NCBI GenBank assembly: GCA_023205875.1
Contig: CP060755.1
Coordinates: 1,054,001-1,118,000 of the forward strand
Direction: 5' to 3'
DNA from: Chloropicon primus
Lineage: Eukaryota
Length of the DNA stretch: 64,000 nucleotides
Shown here: positions 1 to 9,400 of the stretch, in pieces
How the letters are laid out: each line of letters begins with the position of its first letter
Position numbering within the stretch: position 1 is the first letter of the stretch
Translations under genes and position numbers: made by a program
Notes under the pieces: model-generated
What the model was told of the DNA's origin: nothing
Database searches by the model: none
What the model saw: only the letters and a program-made list of their open reading frames with translations

Positions 1-970
1 CAACGAGGAATTGGCGGACGCCTCGGGGAGACCTGGAGGAGCGTCCAGCAGCAGCAAATCCGGGGGAAGCCGCCCCAGGGGCTCGAGGGACCACCGGTTC
101 TCCAAGCCCTCCGAGAGCTCAGGTTTCTGCCCGGCCATCCACAGGCGCGAGGACGGCACCTGCGACCGCAGTGGCGTGCCCGAGTCCCTGCAAAAGTACT
201 TCAAGGGATCTTTCGGCGGGGACTTGATCCTCACGTCGACCAGCCTCAGGAACAAGAGCGTCATTGCCGTGTCGTCGTCCCCCGGGAAGACCCGCAAGTC
301 AAAGCTGATGGATGTCAACAGCCACCTGCTCGACCTCTTGCCGAAGGAGGACCAAATCTTCGGCAAGAACTTCACGACCTGTGCGGTGATCGGGAGCTCT
401 GGCATCTTGCTGAAGTACCAGAACGGCAAGGAAATCGATGGCCATGACATGGTCCTTCGGTTCAACAGCGCCAGAACCAAGGGGTTCGAGAAGCACGTGG
501 GGGGGAAGACGACCCACAGGCTGACAAACTCAAGAAACTTCGGCTTCAGAGAGAGCAAGTCCGAGCAAGTCCTGGTGCACTTGAGGACCCCAGGGGCGAT
601 GAGAGCGCTCGTGCAGCGCCTGAAGAACAAAACAAAGTCCGTCCTGTACGGGCTGAACCCCCCGTGGTACTCTTACATGGACAAGAGCCTGCACTTCTTG
701 TCGACGAGCGGGTTGAACGGGATCTTGATAGCGTTGCACAGGTGTGAGCGGGTCAGGCTGTATGGTTTCCATGTCCACCCCCGGCACGGGGTGCCTTACC
801 ACTACTACAACGTCAAGGACAAGCCCGCAAACGTGGGGAGGGATGACAACGAGTGGCTCGTGGTGAAGCACCTCATCGAGAACAAGTTCGTGGAGCTTGG
901 GGAGCCGTGCATCCTCGAGTGCAACGAGAACGAGTCGGAGTGCCAAAAGTGCGTCAAAGCGAATCAGTGA
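1..970 (+). CDS. Glycosyltransferase family 29 (sialyltransferase-like) protein, 5'-partial
   Basis: Sialylmotif L (TCAVIGSSGILLKYQNGKEIDGHDMVLRFNSA), motif S (STSGLNGILIALHRCERVRLYGF) and motif III (YHYY). Frame is open to the window edge; stop TGA 968-970. Confidence 0.85.
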   Translation, partial: NEELADASGRPGGASSSSKSGGSRPRGSRDHRFSKPSESSGFCPAIHRREDGTCDRSGVPESLQKYFKGSFGGDLILTSTSLRNKSVIAVSSSPGKTRKSKLMDVNSHLLDLLPKEDQIFGKNFTTCAVIGSSGILLKYQNGKEIDGHDMVLRFNSARTKGFEKHVGGKTTHRLTNSRNFGFRESKSEQVLVHLRTPGAMRALVQRLKNKTKSVLYGLNPPWYSYMDKSLHFLSTSGLNGILIALHRCERVRLYGFHVHPRHGVPYHYYNVKDKPANVGRDDNEWLVVKHLIENKFVELGEPCILECNENESECQKCVKANQ

Positions 971-979
971 TCGCGGAAA

Positions 980-1349
980 TCAGTGTTTTACAAAGAGCGG
1001 CGACAAGCTTTTGCCCTGCAGACCCTTGCCCAAGTCGCTGGCCACTTCGGAGACCAGCAGACGGAGGGGCCCCCTGTACGCATCGAAAAGCAGGTGGAGG
1101 TATGGCTTGTAGCACGGCTTGGCGGTGGGACCGGGGCCAGCCCCGCCTGAGTTTTTGCCTCTCGCCAGGCCCTCGTGCTCGAGGAAGACTCCCGTTTGGA
1201 ACTGCTCGGGCCTCCGAAACCTGCGCCACAACTGTGTCAAGGGGAACCGCTCGGCCCCCAGAGCCAAGACTTGTACAATTAGCATTGTAAACTAAACGTG
1301 TGTTTGAGTAGCGCTCTTTGGAGTCAGTTTCTGTTGTTGTTTGTGTGTC

Positions 1350-1392
<43 letters not shown>

Positions 1393-2096
1393 ACATCTTG
1401 CTTCCAAGGTCTCTTTTCAGAAAGAGCGAAGGCGGTGGGGGTGTCGATTGGACTTACCTTTAAGCAAACGACGATGAGGAGCCAGAACGCGTAGTAAACC
1501 AAAACTGTCGGGAGCAAGAATAGCAAAGGCGTGAGCAGCAAAACCCCGACGATGACGTGCTCCAGCATGAAGTTGTCCGAATGATCTCCCGCGGTGTCCT
1601 GCCACCTCCCCCGAAACAGGAGATACATTTCCCTCGAAAGCCGCAGGTGGCACCGCAGCGCCAAGGAGTGCGCGTAGTACAGGCCAACGTAGGGAGAGGC
1701 CAGGAGCAGGACCACGTCAGCCAAGAAGGAGAGCCCCGCCTCCAACCCGAAAAACCCTGGCACCACGGGGAAGACCACCCCCGTGTAGCTCACAATCGCG
1801 TCGAACAAGTGCGCACTGGAGGTGGCTTCGATCGCAAACAAGCTTGACCTGGCGAAGAAGTGGCTGAGGTCATCATACAGCTTGAGGCCCCCCGGAGCGT
1901 CGTCGAGAACGGACAGGGAACGCAGGACGACGTCCTCCTCGAAACGTTCCCGGAACTCGAGCGCGGCTGTGGTCGCTCGCAGCCGGGTGCCCTCTCTCAA
2001 AAAAACAAGTGCGAGGGACAAGCCCAGAAGCCGGTCTAACACGAGCGCAGACCGGTCCATCGGCCTTCCCCCCTTGACCGCTCGAACGAAGTTCAT
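980..2096 (-). CDS. PIGQ: GPI-GlcNAc transferase subunit PIG-Q/Gpi1-like; exons 2096-1458 and 1291-980, ~316 aa
   Basis: Gpi1-type motifs LFRGR and EHVIVGVLLLTPLLFLLPTVLVYY, multiple TM segments. Donor AAG|GTAAGT (1457) and acceptor TTTAG| (1292) join in frame to the 980..1285 ORF. Confidence 0.75.
1356..1391. repeat. (GT)n microsatellite in the PIG-Q intron
   Basis: Perfect dinucleotide run read directly. Confidence 0.95.
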
Positions 2097-2413
2097 GTCT
2101 CGTCAAAGTCGAGCCTCCTCCGAACGCTCTTCCGAGCAGCCTCCCTCTCTTTCGGGCAGCCCTTCGGGTACACCTTCTTCGGCGCGGGTGGGCAGGCCTT
2201 CGTCTCCCCCGCCGTCTTCGTCTGCGGTGGCGTGGAAGGCCCGGAGAGGCGACCCTGCAGCGTCGTCGTCGTCGTTTCCTCCCCCGAGTCCACTTCCTCC
2301 CTCCCCCGCACCTCTCCCGAGATCCCCAAGTCTCTCCCCTTGACGCAAACCACCGTCGACGCCTCCCCCTCCTCCTCACTCACCCCTCTCGGGTCCAACG
2401 CCTCGGCGTTCAT
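2093..2413 (-). CDS. Small SIAMESE-RELATED (SMR)-like putative CDK inhibitor, 106 aa
   Basis: First in-frame ATG at 2413. Motifs PSTPP, CPPAPKK and terminal VRRRLDF (RxLxF) occur in SMR order. Stop TGA overlaps the PIG-Q ATG. Confidence 0.55.
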   Translation of the reverse strand: MNAEALDPRGVSEEEGEASTVVCVKGRDLGISGEVRGREEVDSGEETTTTTLQGRLSGPSTPPQTKTAGETKACPPAPKKVYPKGCPKEREAARKSVRRRLDFDET

Positions 2414-3025
2414 CCACTTGAGCTGTCCATCCGCAGAGGCTTTCCCCGTTGTCCCGTTCGTCTCCAACTCGACCTCGCCGCTAGCACTGTAATACCTCCG
2501 AGCGTCTCCCTCGCGCGTCGTCGTGCCACCCTCCGTCAACGCTTCACCGGCATTCAACGCCCCCAGGCCCCGCGTCTTCGTCCAAAGTTCGGTTCGGTCG
2601 GTTCCGGTCGTCTCTCCTCTCGGGTCACACACACACACACACAATCTCTCTCTTTCTCCTCTCGTTCCCCTCTCTCTGGCTCTGGAGAACAAAAGCCAAA
2701 GGGGGTCCAATCCCAATCGTAAGAAGGGGAAGGAAGGAGGTCGAGGTTGGAGGGGCGGGGTCTTTGTCTTTCCTTTGGAGGGAATTGGGGGGGGAAGGAC
2801 GGCCTGGTGTTTGAACTTTGGAACGTGTGGACCGGGGTCCAGCAGGAAAGTCTAGAAAGACTGAAACATAGTGAGCAGACACGCACGAGCGAGAGTGGCT
2901 TTCTTGTGGAGGATGTCCAATTTTGTGACGTGGACTGCTCGAGATTGTGTTCGGGGGTTGAGGGAAGGCTGCTGATGTAAGTTAGAGAGGAGGCTTCCAA
3001 GCAGCTCGAAGCGCCAGACTGGAAG

Positions 3026-5170
3026 ATGACAGAGGAGACCAACTTCCTGGGGCGTCGCTCGTTGCGGTCCTCGGAGCTGGGGGACGCCCTGCTCGTGGGC
3101 AGGGGGGGCAAGCACGCCGAAGAAAAGTCCGAGTCCCAGCTCACGCGCGCCAAGTCGAAGAACAAGGAGTACTGCCACCTCTTCGGCCTGCCGGACAACG
3201 AGGAGCTCGTCGAGGAGTACAACTGCGCCCTTCAGAGAAAGATTCTGCTGCAGGGAAAAATGTACGTCTTCTCCTGTTACGTTTGCTTCTACTCGAACGT
3301 CTTCGGGTACATCACCAAGCGGTCGCTAGCGCTCAAGGACGTCACCAGCATCAGCAAAGCCAAGAACGTTGGGTTCCCGAACTCGATAAAGATTGTGCAC
3401 AAGGGGAAGCAGATGTTTTTCACCAGCTTCCTCTCCAGAGAGGACGCGTTCAAGCTCATCATCTCCTTGTGGTACGAGGCGAGCCCATACGCGAGGCTGT
3501 CCGGAATCCTGCCAGCGAACGAGATGAGCTCGATCAAGTTTTCTTACAATGCAGGGCCACCCCGGGACAAGGAGGAGGACGCCTTGTCCCCCTCCGAGAG
3601 CGGCACGCCCGTCAAGGCGCACAGGAAGACGCTGTCCAACGAGGATGCACACAGCCTTGCGAGCCCGAGCCCGAGCGTGGGCTCCCCCGCGACCTTGGAG
3701 GCCTCCCTGAGCGGCGGGGCGGGGAGGGCGAGAACCAAGAGGAGGACGAGTGAGCTCGAGCGGCGGCACTCCATTTCCGAGTTGAACATCAAGAGCAGCG
3801 AGATCCTAGAGATTCCTCGGGGCACTGACGCGGAGGACAAGAAGCACCGCAGGAGAAAATCTTCCCGAGGCTCCTCGTCGGAAGGGATCAACCTGTCCAA
3901 CGTGGAGAACTTCAGCCCAGACGAAGAGGACCCCTTGCCTCTGAGCGGAGACAATGAAGCGATGGACGGGGGGGAAGACCAGGCCAAGTCCAGGACGAAC
4001 ATCTTCCTGGGAACCATTCAGCTGGAGCGGCCACCGCCCGTCTCCGGCGACATGGAGCTGCTTTGCGAGGCCGACTTTCCGATCTGCGCCTACCACTTCT
4101 TCGCAACTTTTCTCTCCGACAAGTCGAGCTTTCTCAAGGAGTTTCAGGTACAGAACGGGGACAAGAACGTCAACTTCTCCCAGTGGAAGCAGATGGACGC
4201 CAGGTTTCCTGGGTACATGAGAAACATGACCTTCAGCACCCCCCTGGGGTTTGCCATCGGACCGGAGTCCACCCACTGTGACCAGACTCAGAAGTACTGT
4301 TTCTACCAGTACGAGACGCTTGACAAGCAGGAAGAGCTCGCTTTGGTGTACCAAACGTCCCAGGTCAACACGGATGTTCCTTACGGGGACTACTTTCGCG
4401 TCTGCACGCGTTGGGATATCTTGGACACGTCCAAGCACGACAAATCGGTGGCGAACGACGAGGACATCGAGCAGTACACCGATCACACCTGCAAGTTCCG
4501 GGTCCACGTGTCCGTACCTTTCAGCAAGAGCACCATCATGAAGAAGACGATCGTGCAAAAGACCAAGGCTCAGTGCACCATCTTCTACGAGAAGATGATC
4601 GTGGCCATCAACAAGCATATTTATTCCTTGCTCGAGGGGAGCATGATGGGGTCCCAGAAGGGCGTCGTTGATGATGAGGACTTGCATTCCAAGATTCCCG
4701 CGGAGTGGAGGCAGCAAATCCAACTCATGTTGAACTTGCAAGACGGGGAGAACTCGACGTACAATTCGCCCAGGGAGGCCGTGCTGGACCCCTACGCCTA
4801 CCCGAGCGCCATGACGGAGGACGCGGGGAAGATGGGAAAGGCAAAGGGAAGGCTGGTGGGGCTCCAAGCCCTCGGGGCAGGAATCTCGTCGCTCTTTGTC
4901 CGGGGCCTCGTCTGGGCTTTCAGGCAAATGTACACAAATTTCACTGTAATTCTATTGGTGTGCTCGCTGGCCTTGAACGCCGTCGTGCTCCACAGCGTGA
5001 AGTTCGGTGGTTCGGCCATGCCAGCGGCGGACCACCTCGTCGCGGAGATGATGACGGGGGATCACCACGATGAATTCTGGAGGACGAAGCGGGCCCACCT
5101 AGCAAGGGAGATGGAAATCCTTGAACATTACATGGAGCTACTCAAGAAGCAGCATGAACTTGCAAAGTAA
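3026..5170 (+). CDS. GRAM + VASt (StART-like) domain membrane-contact lipid transfer protein (VAD1/GRAMD1/LAM family)
   Basis: GRAM: YNCALQRKILLQGKMYVFSCYVCFYSNVFG...FFTSFLSREDAF. VASt: DVPYGDYFRV. C-terminal TM helix and coiled coil. Confidence 0.85.
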   Translation: MTEETNFLGRRSLRSSELGDALLVGRGGKHAEEKSESQLTRAKSKNKEYCHLFGLPDNEELVEEYNCALQRKILLQGKMYVFSCYVCFYSNVFGYITKRSLALKDVTSISKAKNVGFPNSIKIVHKGKQMFFTSFLSREDAFKLIISLWYEASPYARLSGILPANEMSSIKFSYNAGPPRDKEEDALSPSESGTPVKAHRKTLSNEDAHSLASPSPSVGSPATLEASLSGGAGRARTKRRTSELERRHSISELNIKSSEILEIPRGTDAEDKKHRRRKSSRGSSSEGINLSNVENFSPDEEDPLPLSGDNEAMDGGEDQAKSRTNIFLGTIQLERPPPVSGDMELLCEADFPICAYHFFATFLSDKSSFLKEFQVQNGDKNVNFSQWKQMDARFPGYMRNMTFSTPLGFAIGPESTHCDQTQKYCFYQYETLDKQEELALVYQTSQVNTDVPYGDYFRVCTRWDILDTSKHDKSVANDEDIEQYTDHTCKFRVHVSVPFSKSTIMKKTIVQKTKAQCTIFYEKMIVAINKHIYSLLEGSMMGSQKGVVDDEDLHSKIPAEWRQQIQLMLNLQDGENSTYNSPREAVLDPYAYPSAMTEDAGKMGKAKGRLVGLQALGAGISSLFVRGLVWAFRQMYTNFTVILLVCSLALNAVVLHSVKFGGSAMPAADHLVAEMMTGDHHDEFWRTKRAHLAREMEILEHYMELLKKQHELAK

Positions 5171-5227
5171 ATTAATCTACGGTGCACACGACACGACGAA
5201 AGCTTTTCTCACAAAAATTTGCGCGAG

Positions 5228-6358
5228 TCAATCGCTGTCGCTTCCATAATCCGCGATCAGCCCGAGAGGATTCACCCCCTCCTCCTCCATTTTCGCGGCC
5301 TCCTTCTGCTCCTCCTTCCCCTCGCCTCTAGGAGCCACAGCGTCCGCCTCGCCCTGGGCCCGATCCCCCCCCTCCTCCTGCTGCTTTTCCTCCTCGGCGG
5401 GCAGGTCGTAGTACGGGTCGTCGTCCAGGTACCTGTCGATGTCATCCTCTTCGTCGGCCACGTCCTTGGAAGGTGGGCGCGCCCCCCGCTTTTGCTCCTC
5501 GGAATCTATTTTTTTCTGAACAGCAGCTGCGAGTTCTTCCTCCGCCTTCCTCTTCTTCTTCAGCACGGCCATTGGGTTGGCGTCATCGTACGACCAGCGA
5601 ACGTCAAGCACCTCGTTCAGGGTAGACCCAAGGAGAGACTGGCTCGACATGCATTCCTTCGCGAACTCTGCACTTGCCCGGATGTCATACGTCACGAAGG
5701 CGATCGCCTTCTGCATTTTGACGCTCAGGGTCTCGACTGTCCCGAACTGCTCGAAGGTCTTTCGAATCATCTTTTGCAGCTTCTCGTAGCCTACGTTGCG
5801 TGTTTGTGTGGTGTGGTGTGGAAAGTCAGCGGACTGCGAAAGCGGCGTTTTCGTGATCTGGCCAAAGGGAATGATGGGAGAATGCCGAAACTCACCGTAC
5901 GAGGAAGCGCCTTCAAAATTGACGTACAGCGTCCTGTTCTCTCTATTCATGCACCCCACACCGCCCATGTCCGCTCTGTCCTCGCGGTGCCTCTCCCTGC
6001 CGAAGATGTCGTGCGTGAGGTCGAGGCGTGCCTGGTCCCACGGCGTGGGTCTCCTGTGCAGATACGAGCACTGGTCCCCCAAAAAGCAGCTGCCCCGGGC
6101 AAAGTGTAGGCAAATGTAAGGAACCTGCTGGTCGTCCCCCCTCGTGTACCCCGAGTCCAGATCGAGGTTGCACTTCGTTACAGCCCTCACCCTCCTCTTG
6201 TTATAATTCCCAAGCTCCTTGCCCCAGCTGCTTTTGTGATACCATATGTTGTAGTCCCCTCCCGCACCCGAAGACCCCGCCACGGGCGAGTCCACTTGCC
6301 GCCTCGCGGGTCTCTCCGCCCTCCCTGGTCGTACCATCCTCTCCTTCCCTCCCACCAT
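5228..6358 (-). CDS. CWC2: Pre-mRNA splicing factor Cwc2 (CCCH zinc finger + RRM); exons 6358-5896 and 5790-5228, ~341 aa
   Basis: YNIWYHK, CLHFARGSCFLGDQCSYLHRRP, DIFGRERH, DMGGVG, and RRM (IAFVTY, AEFAKECM). Intron G|GTGAGT...CGTAG|. Confidence 0.88.
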   Translation of the reverse strand: MVGGKERMVRPGRAERPARRQVDSPVAGSSGAGGDYNIWYHKSSWGKELGNYNKRRVRAVTKCNLDLDSGYTRGDDQQVPYICLHFARGSCFLGDQCSYLHRRPTPWDQARLDLTHDIFGRERHREDRADMGGVGCMNRENRTLYVNFEGASSYGEFRHSPIIPFGQITKTPLSQSADFPHHTTQTRNVGYEKLQKMIRKTFEQFGTVETLSVKMQKAIAFVTYDIRASAEFAKECMSSQSLLGSTLNEVLDVRWSYDDANPMAVLKKKRKAEEELAAAVQKKIDSEEQKRGARPPSKDVADEEDDIDRYLDDDPYYDLPAEEEKQQEEGGDRAQGEADAVAPRGEGKEEQKEAAKMEEEGVNPLGLIADYGSDSD

Positions 6359-6487
6359 TCTCCTCTCTCTCTCTCTCTCGAACGCAAAATGATTGAGAAA
6401 TGCGCGAGCAAGCGGAGGAGGGTTTTGGGGACACACTGAGGGTGTGTGTGTGTGTTGTCTAGGTCTAGGTTGAGGAAGGGGGGAGCC

Positions 6488-9400
6488 ATGGACGCGAGGC
6501 AGGCGAACATCCTCGTGGGAGAGAGCGCGGCGGTGGTCGCGGCCATGCGCCAGAACTCCAAGTGGGCGACGGTGCCGCGGTATATGGACGGGGGGCCGGA
6601 AGATCCGCTCTTCGAGAAGTTCAGCACCTTGAGGAAGAGGATATTGAATTGGACAGAGTGGAGCGACATGAGCCCGGACGTGTTCCTGGAGCCGTTCCTG
6701 GACATCGTGCGCTCGGTTGAGACGAGCGGGCCCATAACTTCGACGGCCTTGTCCTCCATCCACGTCCTCCTCACGGAGAACATGTTGGTGGACACGGAAG
6801 AGGGGGAGGCGAAGGCGGCCATGCACAAGATTGTCAACGCCGTGACGCACTGCCGCTTCGAGGCGACCGACCCGTCTTCGGACGAGATCGTCCTGTCAAA
6901 GATCTTGCAGGTTCTGCTGGCTTGCATCGCTTGCCCGTCAGGAAACCTGCTTAGCGATGACGACGTGTGCAATATTATTCAGGCTTGCTATAGAATAGGA
7001 CACCAGCCCGGGAGGAGCGGGAGTCTGCTGCAGCAGCTGTCCAAGAACACTCTTTCGGACGTCATCAGGACGATATTCAAGAGGCTGAGGGACATCCACA
7101 GGATCTCGAAGGCCAGCCCGGGGGAGGAGGGCACGACGCCAACGACCAGCACCGCGGAGCAGAACGGGAGTCCGGGGAACGATGGGGCGGCCGTTTCGGA
7201 GAACGGGAAGGGGGAGACCGAGGGCGGAGAGGAGGAATCTCCCGACTCGGCGAGCCCCAAGCCGGGGGAGGGCCCCGCGGCCTCCTCGAGCAAGGTTGTG
7301 GAGGAGTCAAAGCCTTACGGCATCAACTGCCTCGTCGAAATTTTTGCCTTCCTGACGAGTCTGGTCAGCATCGAGGACGTCACGGACTCGGAGGAGTCGT
7401 GCATATATGGCTTGAGCATGATCAGAGTCGCGCTTGAAGCTGGGTTGGCAGACTTCTCGCTATTTCCTGAGCTCATGAATGTCATAAGGGATGATCTGAT
7501 GAGCAACATGATGCGTATTGCGCTCATACCCAACCTGGCGATCCTGTCGATGGTGTGCTCGATTGCCTTCTTGCTTTACACGCATCTCAGGAGCTTCCTT
7601 CGCCTTCAGTTTGAAGCGTTCGTGACGAACGTGCTTCTCAGAATATCTGACGGGGAATATGTATCATACGAGCAGCAGGAGATCGCTCTCGAGAGTCTTG
7701 TGGCGTTCAGCAGGCACCCGACGTTCATGGTGGACCTGTACGCGAACCTTGACTGCTCAATCGATAGGGGAAACGTGTTCGAAGCCGTATGCAACTTGCT
7801 GTCGAAGAACACCTTCCCTTCTAACTCCCAGCTTGCTTCCACGCACCTCTTGTCCCTCGAGGGCCTGCTCGCAATTTTCAATAATCTTCTCGAGAGGAGC
7901 AAGCAGCAGGTCGAGTTCAAGCCCAAGGAGTTCAAGGACCCCTCAGAATCCTCGGATGCCGTGTGGCTTCCTCCGCCGACGAGTGACTTTGTTTCATGGG
8001 CAGAACAGATGAAGTACAAGAAGTACTTGAAGAGGCGGATTGATGTTGGCGTGGACCATTTCAACAGGGATCCCAAAAAGGGTTTCCAGTTTTTGCAAAG
8101 CATCAACCTCCTTCCGCAAGAGCTCACACCTGAAAGCGTTGCAAGATTTCTGTACACCGCAAGGGGTTTGTCGAAGAACGTCGTGGGAGAGCTCCTTGGA
8201 GATCCAAAGGAGTTCTACCTGAAGGTTTTGGACTACTTCGTGACCCTCTTCGATTTCAAGGGGATGTCGTTCGACCACGCCATTCGCCGCTACCTGGAGA
8301 GTTTCTTCCTTCCAGGGGAGGCCCAGAAGATCGGGAGAATCTTGGAGGCATTCTCCAAGAGGTACTACGCGCAGTGCCCTGGCATCTTTGCCAACGCGGA
8401 TGCTGCTTACGTCTTGTCGTACTCGTTATTGATGTTGCACACGGACCAGCACAATGACCAAGTGAAAAAGAAGATGACGGTGGAGGAGTTTATCAGGAAT
8501 AACAGGAAAATTAATGATGGCGAGGATCTGCCAGAGGAGATGCTGGTGGACTTGTACAAGTCCATCGCAACCTACGAAATCAGGATCCAGGCAGACGGGA
8601 ACAAGTTTGACCTGTCGCACGCTCAGTGGGTCGACATTGTCAAGCGGTCTGGGACGCCGCAAGGCATCCTTGTGAGCTGCACCATGCAGCCTGTCTTTGA
8701 TTACGATATGTTTGCCCTGATATGGGGCCCCACGATTGCGTCGATCTCAGTGGTGTTTGACCAAGCGGAAGATGAGTCCATCGTGCAGTACACCATCGAC
8801 GGGTTTTTGAGCGTGGCTCACCTGGCCTCCGTGCTTCACTTCTGCGATGCGATAGACAACCTCGTCATATCCCTGTGCAAATTTATCACTTCGTTGACCC
8901 CAAAGGCGAGCGAGTCCGATGCTTTCATTGAGGACAGCAAAGCCATGCTGGCGCTTGTCACGATGTTCTGCATCGTGAATCAGTATGGGGACTGCGTGAG
9001 AAATGGCTGGCGGAGCGTCATCGATTGCATCCTGAAACTGCACAGGCTGCACCTGCTGCCAAACAAGGTGACTGACATGGAAGAAGTGCGAAACACGCTC
9101 AGGCATTCGAACAGCCGGAGCATGAACTTCAACAAAAACGCGAACCTCCAGACCACCATTCTGCAGAGCGTTTCCAGTTTCTTCTCCTCCGATTCCGCAA
9201 AGGAAGAGGAAGTGAAGAGCCCAGAGATGGAAGAGGCCGAGAAGAGGATCACGACCTACATAGAGTCCTGCCACATCGAGGAGATCTTCACGGAAAGCAA
9301 GTTCTTGGAAGCCGAGTCACTGAAGCACCTGGTCTCGGCGCTCATATGGTCAGCCGGCGAGACCCCCAAGGGAATCGCGAACAGCGAGGAGGAGGAGGAG

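Noticed and set aside
954..1457. Unspliced C-terminus of the 380-aa ORF with HTHTHT repeat, overlapping the GT29 stop
   Set aside because: Read-through of a CA-repeat intron; the spliced model using the 980-1291 exon is more plausible.
6359..6850. 164-aa N-terminal extension of CWC2 overlapping GBF1
   Set aside because: Antisense to the GBF1 5' CDS and runs through microsatellites; CWC2 homology starts after ATG 6358.
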